Shown here: one piece after another, positions 46,838 to 55,237 of the stretch
Layout: each line of letters opens with the position of its first letter
Position numbering within the stretch: the first letter of the stretch is position 1
DNA from: Nannocystis bainbridge
GTDB taxonomy: Bacteria > Myxococcota_A > Polyangia > Nannocystales > Nannocystaceae
NCBI RefSeq assembly: GCF_028368995.1
Contig: NZ_JAQNDL010000002.1
Coordinates: forward strand, 737,724 to 801,723
Reading direction: 5' to 3'
DNA: 64,000 nt
The notes under the pieces: model-generated
Seen by the model: only the letters and a program-made list of their open reading frames with translations
What the model was told of the DNA's origin: nothing
The model's database searches: none
Translations under genes and position numbers: made by a program

Positions 46838-47080
46838 GGGCATGTCCCGGGGGACATGCGTGGAAACCGGTCGGGCCGGGCCGATTGATGGGTGTCCGAT
46901 CGGGCATGTCCCAGGGGACATGCTTATGAACCGGTCGGGCCGGGCCGATCGACGGTGTCCGATCGGGCATATCCGAGGGACATGATTGGGAACCGGTCGG
47001 GCCGGGCCGATCGACGGGTGTCCGATCGGGCATGACGCAACGGACATGCCTTTTAAAAATTGTCGGAAGGGGCGTGCCCG
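46838..47080. repeat. tandem array, ~64 bp x ~3.5, built from palindromic-repeat modules (GGGCATGTCCC-GG-GGGACATGC + AACCGGTCGGGCCGGGCCGATCGA + GGGTGTCCGATC)
   Basis: Units start at ~46838, 46902, 46965 and 47028 (the last partial, diverging into TTTTAAAAATTGTCGGAAGGGGCGTGCCC). Identity between full units is ~85-90%. The array fills the 470-bp gap between two minus-strand genes. Confidence 0.8.
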
Positions 47081-47090
47081 CGAGTGCAGG

Positions 47091-49181
47091 TCAGTGCGAG
47101 GCGGCGATCACGGCGATCGTGCGCCGCAGCACCAGGAACTGCCAGGTGTCGGTCAGGGGCAGGGCGGGGATCGTCACGCTGCCGTCGGGGCCGGCGACGA
47201 CTTCGCCGTGGTCCTGACCGAACGACCAGGCGACGCGCTCACCGGGGCGGCAGCGGAACGCCTGGGTGCGGCGCGGGGTGACATCGACGAACGCGGGCAG
47301 ATCGGCCATCACGCGGTCACCCTCGCTCGGGTAGCCGGGCGCGGGCGGGTTGGCCCCGTCGCCGTCGTGGACGCGCAGGGCGAACTGCAGGCGATCGACG
47401 GTGTCGACCACCGAGGCGCCGTCCCAGCGGAGGAACCGGCCGAGCGCGCCAGCGACGGCGCCCTCCCAGCCGGTGTCGCCGGCGACCGCGACCGTGCCGG
47501 CGAAGCCCTTGCTGGCGCTCCAGTCCTGCTTGCCGTTGCCAGCGCCGACGCCCGGGTCGTCGTCGAGCGACGAGTAAGAAAAGGCGGGGAACGCCCGGTC
47601 GCGGCGCAGCGTGGCCTCGTCGCCGTGGATCGGCGCCCACGAGCCGGTCCACCAGCTGTCCCCGAGGACAGGATCGGCGACGCCGTGGCCGCCCTCGTCC
47701 CAGATGGCGAAGTGGCCGACGCCGCGGCTCTGCAGCGCGTCGTAGAGGCTCTCGCCGGTGCGCGGGCTCGGCAGCACGGCGGCGCCGAAGTGGATGGTCG
47801 GGTCGTCCTTGCCGTGCTTGAGGAACAGGAACTGGTCGCGGGCCTCGCTCGAGTCGGCGAGCGCGCGCGTCAGGTCCATGTGATCCCAGGCCGACAGGCC
47901 GCCGCCGCCGTCGAGGTCGAGCTCGGGGGCGCCCCACCAGCTGGACAATTGGGTGATCCGCGAGGGTCGGTGGTTGCGCGCGATCGCCTGGCCGAGGCGG
48001 GCGTCGACGTAGGCGAAGTGACGCCCGCGCAGGAGGCCGAGCAGCATCGCCCCGGCGCCGCCCATCGAGCTGCCGAAGACGTGCACGCGCTCGGGGTCGG
48101 CCTCGGGGTGGTGACGCAGCACGTACTCGACGAGGTGGAGCACGCGGCGCACGGTGTAGTCGGGGGCGGCGCCGCCGGCGGTGGGGTCGACGTCGGGCAA
48201 GGACGCGGCGTAGCCCCACCAGTAGGTGTTGTCGGGGTCGTGCGGGGAGATCCGGATCTCGCTGGCCGAACCAGTGCCGCCGGGGTTGGCGGTGCCGAAG
48301 CCGTGGAGGCCGATCCGCACCGGCACGCCCTCGGGCGGGACGTCGAGCGGGACCATGACCTTGGCGACGAACTCGCGGCCGGCGTAGCCCGGGCTGTCGA
48401 GGTAATCATCTGTCTTTTGGGACAGGGTGTAACGGACGTAGCCGCTGCCGTCGAGGAACTCGGTGTCGACGACCTCGGGCCACGGCGGCTGGATGGTGTC
48501 GCGCACGACGACCTCGAAGGTGGTCTCGACGCGCGACTCGCCGTCGTGGGCGAGCACGGTGACGGTCCAACTGTCGCCGCCCTGGGTGAAGTCGGGGGTG
48601 AAGCGGAAGGTGCGGGTCGGCTCGTCCCAGGTGGCGCCCGGCGGCAGGCCCTGCAGGTGGACCCGCAGGGCGCCCGGGTCGGCGACGTCGACGACTTCGA
48701 GGACGAGACCGACCTCGGTGTCCTCGTCGACGCCGACCTCGGCCGGCACGAGGATCCGCGGGGCCGAGCGATCGACGGCGAGGGTCAGCGGTGCCGAGTC
48801 CTCGTCGTCGCGGCGCACGAACACCGGGTAGTCGCCGCGCTTGCGCGGGCCGCTGCGGGCGTGCAACTCGCCGCCGGAGACGAAGGTGGTGGGTAGCGCC
48901 TGGCCGGCGACGACGACGACGCTGGAGCGAGTGAAGCCGGCGCCGGTGACGTGGAGGTCGAACTCGACGCTGCCAGGGGCCGGGTCGGGCGAGAGGGCGT
49001 CGAGCTCGAGCGGCGCGAGCTCGGGGCCGCCGATCGGACCCTGGCTGGCGGGCGGTGGTCGGGGCGAGGACGGCGTTTCATCCGCGGGAGCGGCACCGGA
49101 CGGGCCGCTGTAACAGCCGGCGAGGACGAGCCACGCGAGCGTGAGGCACGCGCGGGAGACCTGGCCAGAGCACGACAACAT
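47091..49181 (-). CDS. alpha/beta-hydrolase-fold lipoprotein (esterase/depolymerase-like) with N-terminal beta-sandwich domains
   Basis: ATG 49181 with lipobox signal MLSCSGQVSRACLTLAWLVLAGC. Nucleophile elbow HVFGSSMGGAGA (G-x-S-x-G). 697 aa. Confidence 0.7.
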   Translation of the reverse strand: MLSCSGQVSRACLTLAWLVLAGCYSGPSGAAPADETPSSPRPPPASQGPIGGPELAPLELDALSPDPAPGSVEFDLHVTGAGFTRSSVVVVAGQALPTTFVSGGELHARSGPRKRGDYPVFVRRDDEDSAPLTLAVDRSAPRILVPAEVGVDEDTEVGLVLEVVDVADPGALRVHLQGLPPGATWDEPTRTFRFTPDFTQGGDSWTVTVLAHDGESRVETTFEVVVRDTIQPPWPEVVDTEFLDGSGYVRYTLSQKTDDYLDSPGYAGREFVAKVMVPLDVPPEGVPVRIGLHGFGTANPGGTGSASEIRISPHDPDNTYWWGYAASLPDVDPTAGGAAPDYTVRRVLHLVEYVLRHHPEADPERVHVFGSSMGGAGAMLLGLLRGRHFAYVDARLGQAIARNHRPSRITQLSSWWGAPELDLDGGGGLSAWDHMDLTRALADSSEARDQFLFLKHGKDDPTIHFGAAVLPSPRTGESLYDALQSRGVGHFAIWDEGGHGVADPVLGDSWWTGSWAPIHGDEATLRRDRAFPAFSYSSLDDDPGVGAGNGKQDWSASKGFAGTVAVAGDTGWEGAVAGALGRFLRWDGASVVDTVDRLQFALRVHDGDGANPPAPGYPSEGDRVMADLPAFVDVTPRRTQAFRCRPGERVAWSFGQDHGEVVAGPDGSVTIPALPLTDTWQFLVLRRTIAVIAASH

Positions 49182-49395
49182 GCTTTGATTCTTCCCACGA
49201 CGATCGCCGATCCGCCAGCGACGCCGGCGAGAAATTGTGTGACGTCGTTGCAAGGGCAACGAGCGGGCGTCCTGCGATCCGGCGCACACGTGGGTCCACG
49301 TGGCCTTCCTGGGGCGATCGTTCGCCGTGGCCAGCCCGCGGACCTCGGTGCTCGCCGGAGGGCGATTGCCACATGGCGGAAAGGACAGGCGACGA

Positions 49396-52300
49396 TCAGT
49401 TCGGGTGGCGCTCGAGCCAGGCGTCGACCTCGGCCCGGTAGTGCTTCGCCCCTGCCTTGCGGAACAGGGTCTGCGCGGAGACGGCGAGGGACCGTGCTCG
49501 AGCGCGGTCTCCGCGGCTGTCCCAGAGGACCTGCGCCAGCTGGAACTCGGCGTGGGCGCGCTGGATCGGGGCGTTGCGCGGGTCGAGCAAGCCGAGGCTG
49601 CGCTCGAGGTCGCGGCGCGCGTCGTCGAAGCGCGCCTGGCCCTGCCGCACCTTGGCGCGGGGGGTCAAGACCTCCGACATCCACAGCGAGTCGACGCCGT
49701 AGTTGCGCTCGATCGCGGCGACGGCGGCGTCGGCCTCGCGCTCGGCCGCGGTCAAGTCGCCGAGGCCCGCGAGGGCGACGGCCCGCATGGCCCGACTGAC
49801 GGCGGTATAGAGGTTGTCCTCGCCGAGCACCGTGGCCGCGAGCGGCAGGGCGAGGTCGATGTGGTCGCGGGCGGCGGCATAGTTGTTGCGGGCCAGCTCG
49901 ATCTGGGCCAGCGCGAGGTGGGCCAGTACGGTGCCCTGTGGATCGGGGCTCTGAGCCGAGCTCCAGATAGCGAGTGCGCGAGAGGCGTGCTGCTCGGCCA
50001 GGCCGAGCTCGCCGCGCACGAGCTGGACCGAGGCGAGTCGCTCGAGCATGGCGGCGACGCGGGTGCTCTCGGGGCCGAAGTTGTGCTCCCAGATCGCGCG
50101 CGCCTCCTCGAAGGCGTCGAGCGCGGCGGTGAAGTCGCCGCGCTGGGCGGCGATGTCGGCCAGGGCCGAGAGCGGGAAGGCGAGCCGCTCGTGGCGCGGG
50201 GGCAGGGCGGCGCGGAGGATCGCCAGGGCGGCGCGCTGGTGCTGCTCGGCGGTGTCGAAGTCGCCGCGCAGGGTGGCGACGTTGCCGAGGTCGGCCAGCG
50301 AGAAGGCGTTGCTCGGGTGAGCCTCGCCGTAGATGTCGCGGCGCAGGGCCAGGAGCTCGTCGAAGATCGTCTGCGCCGGGCCGAGCTGGCCGAGGCTCAT
50401 GTGGACGTTGGCGAGGTTCTGCCGGGTGGTGACGGCGGCGGCCGAGCGCTCGGGCACGCCCTCGAGCGAGCGGCGGTAGTGGTCGATGGCGGTGACGTAC
50501 TCGCGGCGCGCCTCGGCGATCTGGCCGCGGCGGAACTCGAGGTCGCCGCCGAGGCCGGGCGGACGTCCGAGGCGCTCGTAAAGAGCCTCGGCGTTGCGCA
50601 GCCACGGCCGGGCGTCTTCGGGGTGGCCGAGGGTCTGCGCGAGGCGGCCGGCGAAGGCGCTGGCGGTGGCGAAGGCCAGGCGATCGTGGCCGACGGCGAG
50701 CGCGCCCCAGTAGGCCTCGCCGTATACGCGGGTGCCGTCGTCGTACTTGCTGGCGACGAACAATTGCTCGGCGAGCTCGGCCAGCACCTGGGTGTGCAGC
50801 GGGCGGTAGCCGAGGGCGCGTGCGCGCTGCTCGGTGGCCTCGAGCAGGGCCAGGCCGGCGCCCGGGTGACCGGCGGCCGCCTCGGCGGTGGCGACCGAGA
50901 GCTGGTCGCGCAAGGTCTGGACGGCGTCGACGATCGCGGGCGCGGGCGCGTCGACCTCGGCCTGCAGGGCGTCGAGGTCGGCGCAGCGGGCGGGCGGGGG
51001 CAAGGCCTCGACGGCGTCGTGGGCGTGCTCGACGGCGTCGGCGTCGGCTCCGACGAGCACGCCGAGCAAGGCCTCGAGCTCGTGGCGGCGATCCTCGAGG
51101 CAGTGCATGCGCCTGTCCAAAAGGTCATGTGATTGTTCGCCGCGGATGTTGGCGGCCGCGCACGCGTCGGTGTGACCGGCGATCCACGCCTCGGCCCAGG
51201 CGTCGACGCGGGCGCCGGCGCGGGCGGCCGCGTCGCGGGCGTAGGGCAGGCCGGTGGCGGCGAAGGCGGCGTCGAGACCGGCGCGCCGCTGCGGGTTCCA
51301 GGTCGGGGCGAGCGCCTCGGCGGCGCCGGTGCACAGGGCGGGGGCGTCGGGAAGGACGGCGAAGGCGATCGCGCCGGCGATCAGCGCCGCGCCGCCGCCG
51401 GCGAGGGCCCAGCGCCGACGGTCGCGCCGCAGCGGCCGTTCGAGCGCGCCGAGCAGCGCCTGCATCGAGGGCCACCTGTCCCCGGGTTCAGGTGAGAGGC
51501 CGCGCAGGATGGCGCGGTGGATCGCGGGCGGGACCCGGATCGCGCGCCGCGGCGGATCGAGGCGGCCCTGGGACTTGGCCGCCTCGAGGGCGAACAGGTT
51601 GTCGCCGCTGAACGGGCGGTTGCCGTAGAGGCCCTCGTAGAGGGCGACGCAGAAGCTGAACTGATCGGCGCGCTCGTCGATGGCGGCGCCGCCCCGCTGC
51701 TCGGGGGCCATGTACGCCGGGGTGCCGACCACGGTGCCTACGCGGGTGAGCGGGCCGGACACCAGCGACGAGGACAGCGGATCGAGCGGAGCGTCGAGGT
51801 CGGGGGTGGCGCCGGCCGGGTTCACCTCGACGTCGCCGGCGGGCCGCGCCAGGCCGAAGTCGAACACGCAGATCCGACCTGTCTCTCCGACCAGGACGTT
51901 GCCGGGCTTGAAGTCGCGGTGGATGACGCCGACAGCGTGGGCGGCGATGAGGCCGCGGCCGGCGGCGAGGAACACTTCGACGATCTCGCGGACGCCGCGG
52001 ACGCGATCGTCGAGCCACTGCGCGAGGGTGATGCCGGGCACGTACTCCATCACCAGGAACACGCCGCCGGCGTGCGGTGATCTGGCCTTCGGGACAGGAT
52101 CGGTGCGGCGCGGGCCGATCCTCATCGTCGTGAGCGCGTCGGCGTCGTACGAGCCGACGTCGTGGACGGCGACGACGTTGCCGTGCGACAGCCGGGCCAG
52201 CGCCTGGGCCTCGCGCAGCAGGCGGGCGTGGGCGGCGTGGGCCGGACCGTCGCCGGGAGCGACGCGCAGCAGCTTGATCGCGACCTTGCGATCGAGGCTG

Positions 52301-52629
52301 GGATCGTAGGCGAGGTAGACGACGCCCATGCCGCCGGCGCCGAGGCGACGCATGAGCACGTAGCGGGTGAGCTGGAGCGCGCGCTCGCGCTGCGACAGCG
52401 ACGAACGATCGAGGTCCGGCGGCCGGGCCGGGGCGCGCGCCGTGGGCGAAAGATCTCCGGCCAGAGTCGCGTCGGTGGCGAAGTCGGGGCGCGGAGGAAG
52501 GTCGCCGACAAGCGTGGGATCGGGGTCCGGCCCAGAGGATGGTGGGGTGGGATCACCGCCGGCGCGCGACATCTGCGGGTCCAGGTTATCCCGGCGTCGC
52601 ATCGATGTCGTGCCGGGCTTGAGGCGCAA
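49396..52629 (-). CDS. eukaryotic-like Ser/Thr protein kinase with C-terminal TPR-repeat domain
   Basis: Kinase subdomains LGAGGMGVVYLAYD...VAIK, HRDFKPGNVLV, DFGLARP, GTPAYMAPE. Predicted TM helix (WALAGGGAALIAGAIAFAVL), then ~600 aa of TPR-like repeats. The start may be 52629, 52602 or 52572. Confidence 0.8.
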   Translation of the reverse strand: MRLKPGTTSMRRRDNLDPQMSRAGGDPTPPSSGPDPDPTLVGDLPPRPDFATDATLAGDLSPTARAPARPPDLDRSSLSQRERALQLTRYVLMRRLGAGGMGVVYLAYDPSLDRKVAIKLLRVAPGDGPAHAAHARLLREAQALARLSHGNVVAVHDVGSYDADALTTMRIGPRRTDPVPKARSPHAGGVFLVMEYVPGITLAQWLDDRVRGVREIVEVFLAAGRGLIAAHAVGVIHRDFKPGNVLVGETGRICVFDFGLARPAGDVEVNPAGATPDLDAPLDPLSSSLVSGPLTRVGTVVGTPAYMAPEQRGGAAIDERADQFSFCVALYEGLYGNRPFSGDNLFALEAAKSQGRLDPPRRAIRVPPAIHRAILRGLSPEPGDRWPSMQALLGALERPLRRDRRRWALAGGGAALIAGAIAFAVLPDAPALCTGAAEALAPTWNPQRRAGLDAAFAATGLPYARDAAARAGARVDAWAEAWIAGHTDACAAANIRGEQSHDLLDRRMHCLEDRRHELEALLGVLVGADADAVEHAHDAVEALPPPARCADLDALQAEVDAPAPAIVDAVQTLRDQLSVATAEAAAGHPGAGLALLEATEQRARALGYRPLHTQVLAELAEQLFVASKYDDGTRVYGEAYWGALAVGHDRLAFATASAFAGRLAQTLGHPEDARPWLRNAEALYERLGRPPGLGGDLEFRRGQIAEARREYVTAIDHYRRSLEGVPERSAAAVTTRQNLANVHMSLGQLGPAQTIFDELLALRRDIYGEAHPSNAFSLADLGNVATLRGDFDTAEQHQRAALAILRAALPPRHERLAFPLSALADIAAQRGDFTAALDAFEEARAIWEHNFGPESTRVAAMLERLASVQLVRGELGLAEQHASRALAIWSSAQSPDPQGTVLAHLALAQIELARNNYAAARDHIDLALPLAATVLGEDNLYTAVSRAMRAVALAGLGDLTAAEREADAAVAAIERNYGVDSLWMSEVLTPRAKVRQGQARFDDARRDLERSLGLLDPRNAPIQRAHAEFQLAQVLWDSRGDRARARSLAVSAQTLFRKAGAKHYRAEVDAWLERHPN

Positions 52630-52660
52630 TGCCGCGCGCCTGTATCATCCCGCCGATCGC

Positions 52661-53686
52661 ATGACCGTCCTCGTCACCGGCGCCGCGGGTCACATCGGCG
52701 CGAATTTAGTCCGAACGTTGCTGTCTCGCGGCGAGCGCGTCCGCGTGCTCGTCCGCAATTCCCAGCGCGCGCTCGCAGGACTCGACGTCGAGCGGGTCCC
52801 TGGCGACGTGCGCGATCCAGACGCGGCGCGCCGCGCGACCGCGGGCGTCGATGTCGTCTATCACCTCGCGGCCCAGATCTCGATCTCGGGCGATCCGCGG
52901 GGCCTGGTGCGCGCCGTCAACGTCGACGGCGTGCGCTCGATCGCCGAGGCGGCGCTGGAGACGGGCGTGCGGCGCCTGATCCACTGCAGCTCGGTGCACG
53001 CGTTCGACCTCTACCGCGAGGGCACGAGCGGCGTGGAGGTCGACGAGCGCTGGCCGCGGGTCCCCGACGAGCCGGGCCACTTCGCCTACGACCGCTCGAA
53101 GGCGGCCGGCGAGCGGGCGCTCCGCGAGGTGATGGGCCGCGGCCTCGACGCGGTGATCGTGCACCCGTCGGGGGTGATCGGCCCGTACGACTTCGGGCCG
53201 TCGCGCATGGGCCGGCTGTTCCTGCAGCTGTACCGGCGGTCGCTGCCGAGCCTGGTCGACGGCGCGTTCGACTTCGTCGACGTGCGCGACGTGGTCGCCG
53301 GGATGCTGGCGGCCCAGACCCAGGGCGTGAACGGCGAGAACTACCTGCTGACCGGCCACACGGTCCACGTGCGCGACATCGGGGCGACAGCCGAGGCGAT
53401 CACGGGGGTGAAGCCGCCGCGGCTAGTGACGCCGATCTGGCTGGCCCGCGTCGGGGTGCCGTTCTTCGGGGTCGCCGGCGCGGTGATGCGGCAGGAGCCG
53501 CTCTACACCCACGAGTCGCTGTCGGTGCTCTCGACGGGCGCCCGCTTCGACCACGGCAAGGCCGAGCGCGCGCTCGGCTACACGGTGCGGCCGTTCGCGG
53601 AGAGCGTGCGCGACATCTACGCGTGGTTCGACGCGGCGGGCATGCTCGGCAAGCGGCGCCTGCCGGGCAGCGGCACGCAGGTCTGA
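52661..53686 (+). CDS. NAD-dependent epimerase/dehydratase family protein (cinnamoyl-CoA/dihydroflavonol reductase-like SDR)
   Basis: MTVLVTGAAGHIGANLVRTLL Rossmann motif, YDRSK (Y-x3-K) catalytic dyad. 341 aa. Confidence 0.8.
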   Translation: MTVLVTGAAGHIGANLVRTLLSRGERVRVLVRNSQRALAGLDVERVPGDVRDPDAARRATAGVDVVYHLAAQISISGDPRGLVRAVNVDGVRSIAEAALETGVRRLIHCSSVHAFDLYREGTSGVEVDERWPRVPDEPGHFAYDRSKAAGERALREVMGRGLDAVIVHPSGVIGPYDFGPSRMGRLFLQLYRRSLPSLVDGAFDFVDVRDVVAGMLAAQTQGVNGENYLLTGHTVHVRDIGATAEAITGVKPPRLVTPIWLARVGVPFFGVAGAVMRQEPLYTHESLSVLSTGARFDHGKAERALGYTVRPFAESVRDIYAWFDAAGMLGKRRLPGSGTQV

Positions 53687-53699
53687 GCGGGCTGTCTCG

Positions 53700-53875
53700 C
53701 AGGACATGGCCGAAGGGTCATGTCCGCCGAGGCGCGCCCGAGCGGCAGGGGAGCGCCCGACCGCGCTCGCGGCGGTCGCATCCTCGCCAAGAAAATGCCC
53801 CGCGAGTCGGCTGACTCGTGGGGCATGTCGAAAAGAGCAGGTCCCTTCGGGCATGTCGTGAAGGACATGCCCCAA
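53700..53875. repeat. palindromic repeat cluster plus hairpin CCCCGCGAGTC-GGCT-GACTCGTGGGG between convergent genes
   Basis: Contains GGACATGGCCGAAGGGTCATGTCC, GGGGCATGTCG, CCCTTCGGGCATGTCG and GAAGGACATGCCCC modules. Confidence 0.7.
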
Positions 53876-53878
53876 AGT

Positions 53879-54163
53879 TCACCAGGACGGTTTCTCTTCC
53901 TCGGGGCCGGGGTCGGGCTTGGCGGCGCCGCCGGCCGGCTTGTCCTCGACGACGGGCGGGGTCGCGGGCGGGGCGGCCTCGGGCGCGACGGGCGGGGCAG
54001 CGACCGGCGCGGGGGTGGGCTGGGGCTGGGCAGGCGGAGGGGCCGCGGTCTTGGTGTCGGCCTTGGTCTCGACTTTCTTGGCGTCCTTGCTGCCGCAGGC
54101 CGGGGTGGTCGCGGTGGCGAGCAGCATGGTGGCCGCGAGGAACTTCTCCAGATCGATCTTCAT
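53879..54163 (-). CDS. small Pro/Ala-rich lipoprotein (94 aa)
   Basis: AAGGAGACGG RBS. Signal MKIDLEKFLAATMLLATATTPAC with lipobox. The mature part is low-complexity P/A/K. Confidence 0.5.
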   Translation of the reverse strand: MKIDLEKFLAATMLLATATTPACGSKDAKKVETKADTKTAAPPPAQPQPTPAPVAAPPVAPEAAPPATPPVVEDKPAGGAAKPDPGPEEEKPSW

Positions 54164-54386
54164 CGCCGTCTCCTTCGTGGCGCGGTCGCCGCGCCGATGT
54201 CGCGCGAGTATAACCCTGTCCGCCCGGCTCGCCATGGAACCGGCCGGCGCGCGGGCGGGGCGATCGGGCTCGGCCGCGCTGCGGTTCGGGATTCGCGGCG
54301 CGGCCGAGACCTGTCTCAAAGGCCATGTGCCGGAGCCGCGGGCGGGGCGGCGCGCGACGAATGCGTCGCCGGCCCGGTCGCTCCTT

Positions 54387-55172
54387 TCAAGTGCCGGAGA
54401 AGCGGGCGGCGCGGCGCTCGACGAACGACTGCATGCCCTCGCGCGCGTCGTCCGAGCCCATGATCGCGCGGACGTCGTCCATCATGGTGGCGAGGGCGGC
54501 CTCGGGCCCGCGCTCGACGGTGGTGCGGGCGGTCGAGAGGGTGGCGCGCACGCCGAGCGGGGCCTGGGCGGCGATGGTGGTCGCGATCTCGAGGGCGCGC
54601 TGGACCTGCTCGCCGGGCGCGACGACCTCCTGGACCAGGCCGATCCGCAGCGCCTCGGCGGCGTCGAAGTTGTCGCCGGTGAGGAGCCAGCGCATGGCGT
54701 TGCCCCACCCGGCGACCTGCGGCAGCCGCAAGGTCGCGCCGCCGAACGGGAAGATCCCGCGCCGGATCTCGATCTGGCCGAAGCGCGCGTCGCTGGCGGC
54801 GATCCGGATGTCGGCGGCCAGCATCAACTCGATGCCGAGCGTGAGGCAGAAGCCCTGGACGGCCAGCACGACCGGCTTGCTGCGCACGCGGCCGTGGAGG
54901 CCGAGCGGGTCGACGGCGCCGGGCGGGAACAGCAGCTCGCCGCGGGCGACGGCGGGGCCGACCTCGGCGAGGTCGAGGCCGGCGGTGAAGTGGTCGCCGT
55001 GGGCGAACACGACGGCGCAGCGCAGCTGCGGGTCGTCCTCGAATTCGGTGAAGGCCTCGGCGAGCTGGCGCAGCATGGCCAGGTCGAAGGCGTTGCGCTT
55101 GGCGGCGCGGTCGAGGCCGATCATCTGCACATGGCCGTGTGTCTGGGTCGAGAGCCGGCGGTCGGTGGACAT
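54387..55172 (-). CDS. enoyl-CoA hydratase/isomerase (crotonase) family protein
   Basis: 261 aa. LRCAVVFAHGDHFTAGLDL, IAASDARFGQIEIRRGIFPFGG and C-terminal GMQSFVERRAARF are typical crotonase-fold segments. Confidence 0.8.
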   Translation of the reverse strand: MSTDRRLSTQTHGHVQMIGLDRAAKRNAFDLAMLRQLAEAFTEFEDDPQLRCAVVFAHGDHFTAGLDLAEVGPAVARGELLFPPGAVDPLGLHGRVRSKPVVLAVQGFCLTLGIELMLAADIRIAASDARFGQIEIRRGIFPFGGATLRLPQVAGWGNAMRWLLTGDNFDAAEALRIGLVQEVVAPGEQVQRALEIATTIAAQAPLGVRATLSTARTTVERGPEAALATMMDDVRAIMGSDDAREGMQSFVERRAARFSGT

Positions 55173-55237
55173 GCGCGCGAGTCTACCCCGCCGGGGCGAG
55201 GCGGGGGAGGCGGGTCACGTGGTCGGAGGGACATGTC

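Noticed and set aside
46838-47080. Possible CRISPR array
   Set aside because: Whole ~64-bp units repeat head-to-tail with no unique spacers. There are no cas genes nearby. It is a tandem repeat of the palindromic element family.
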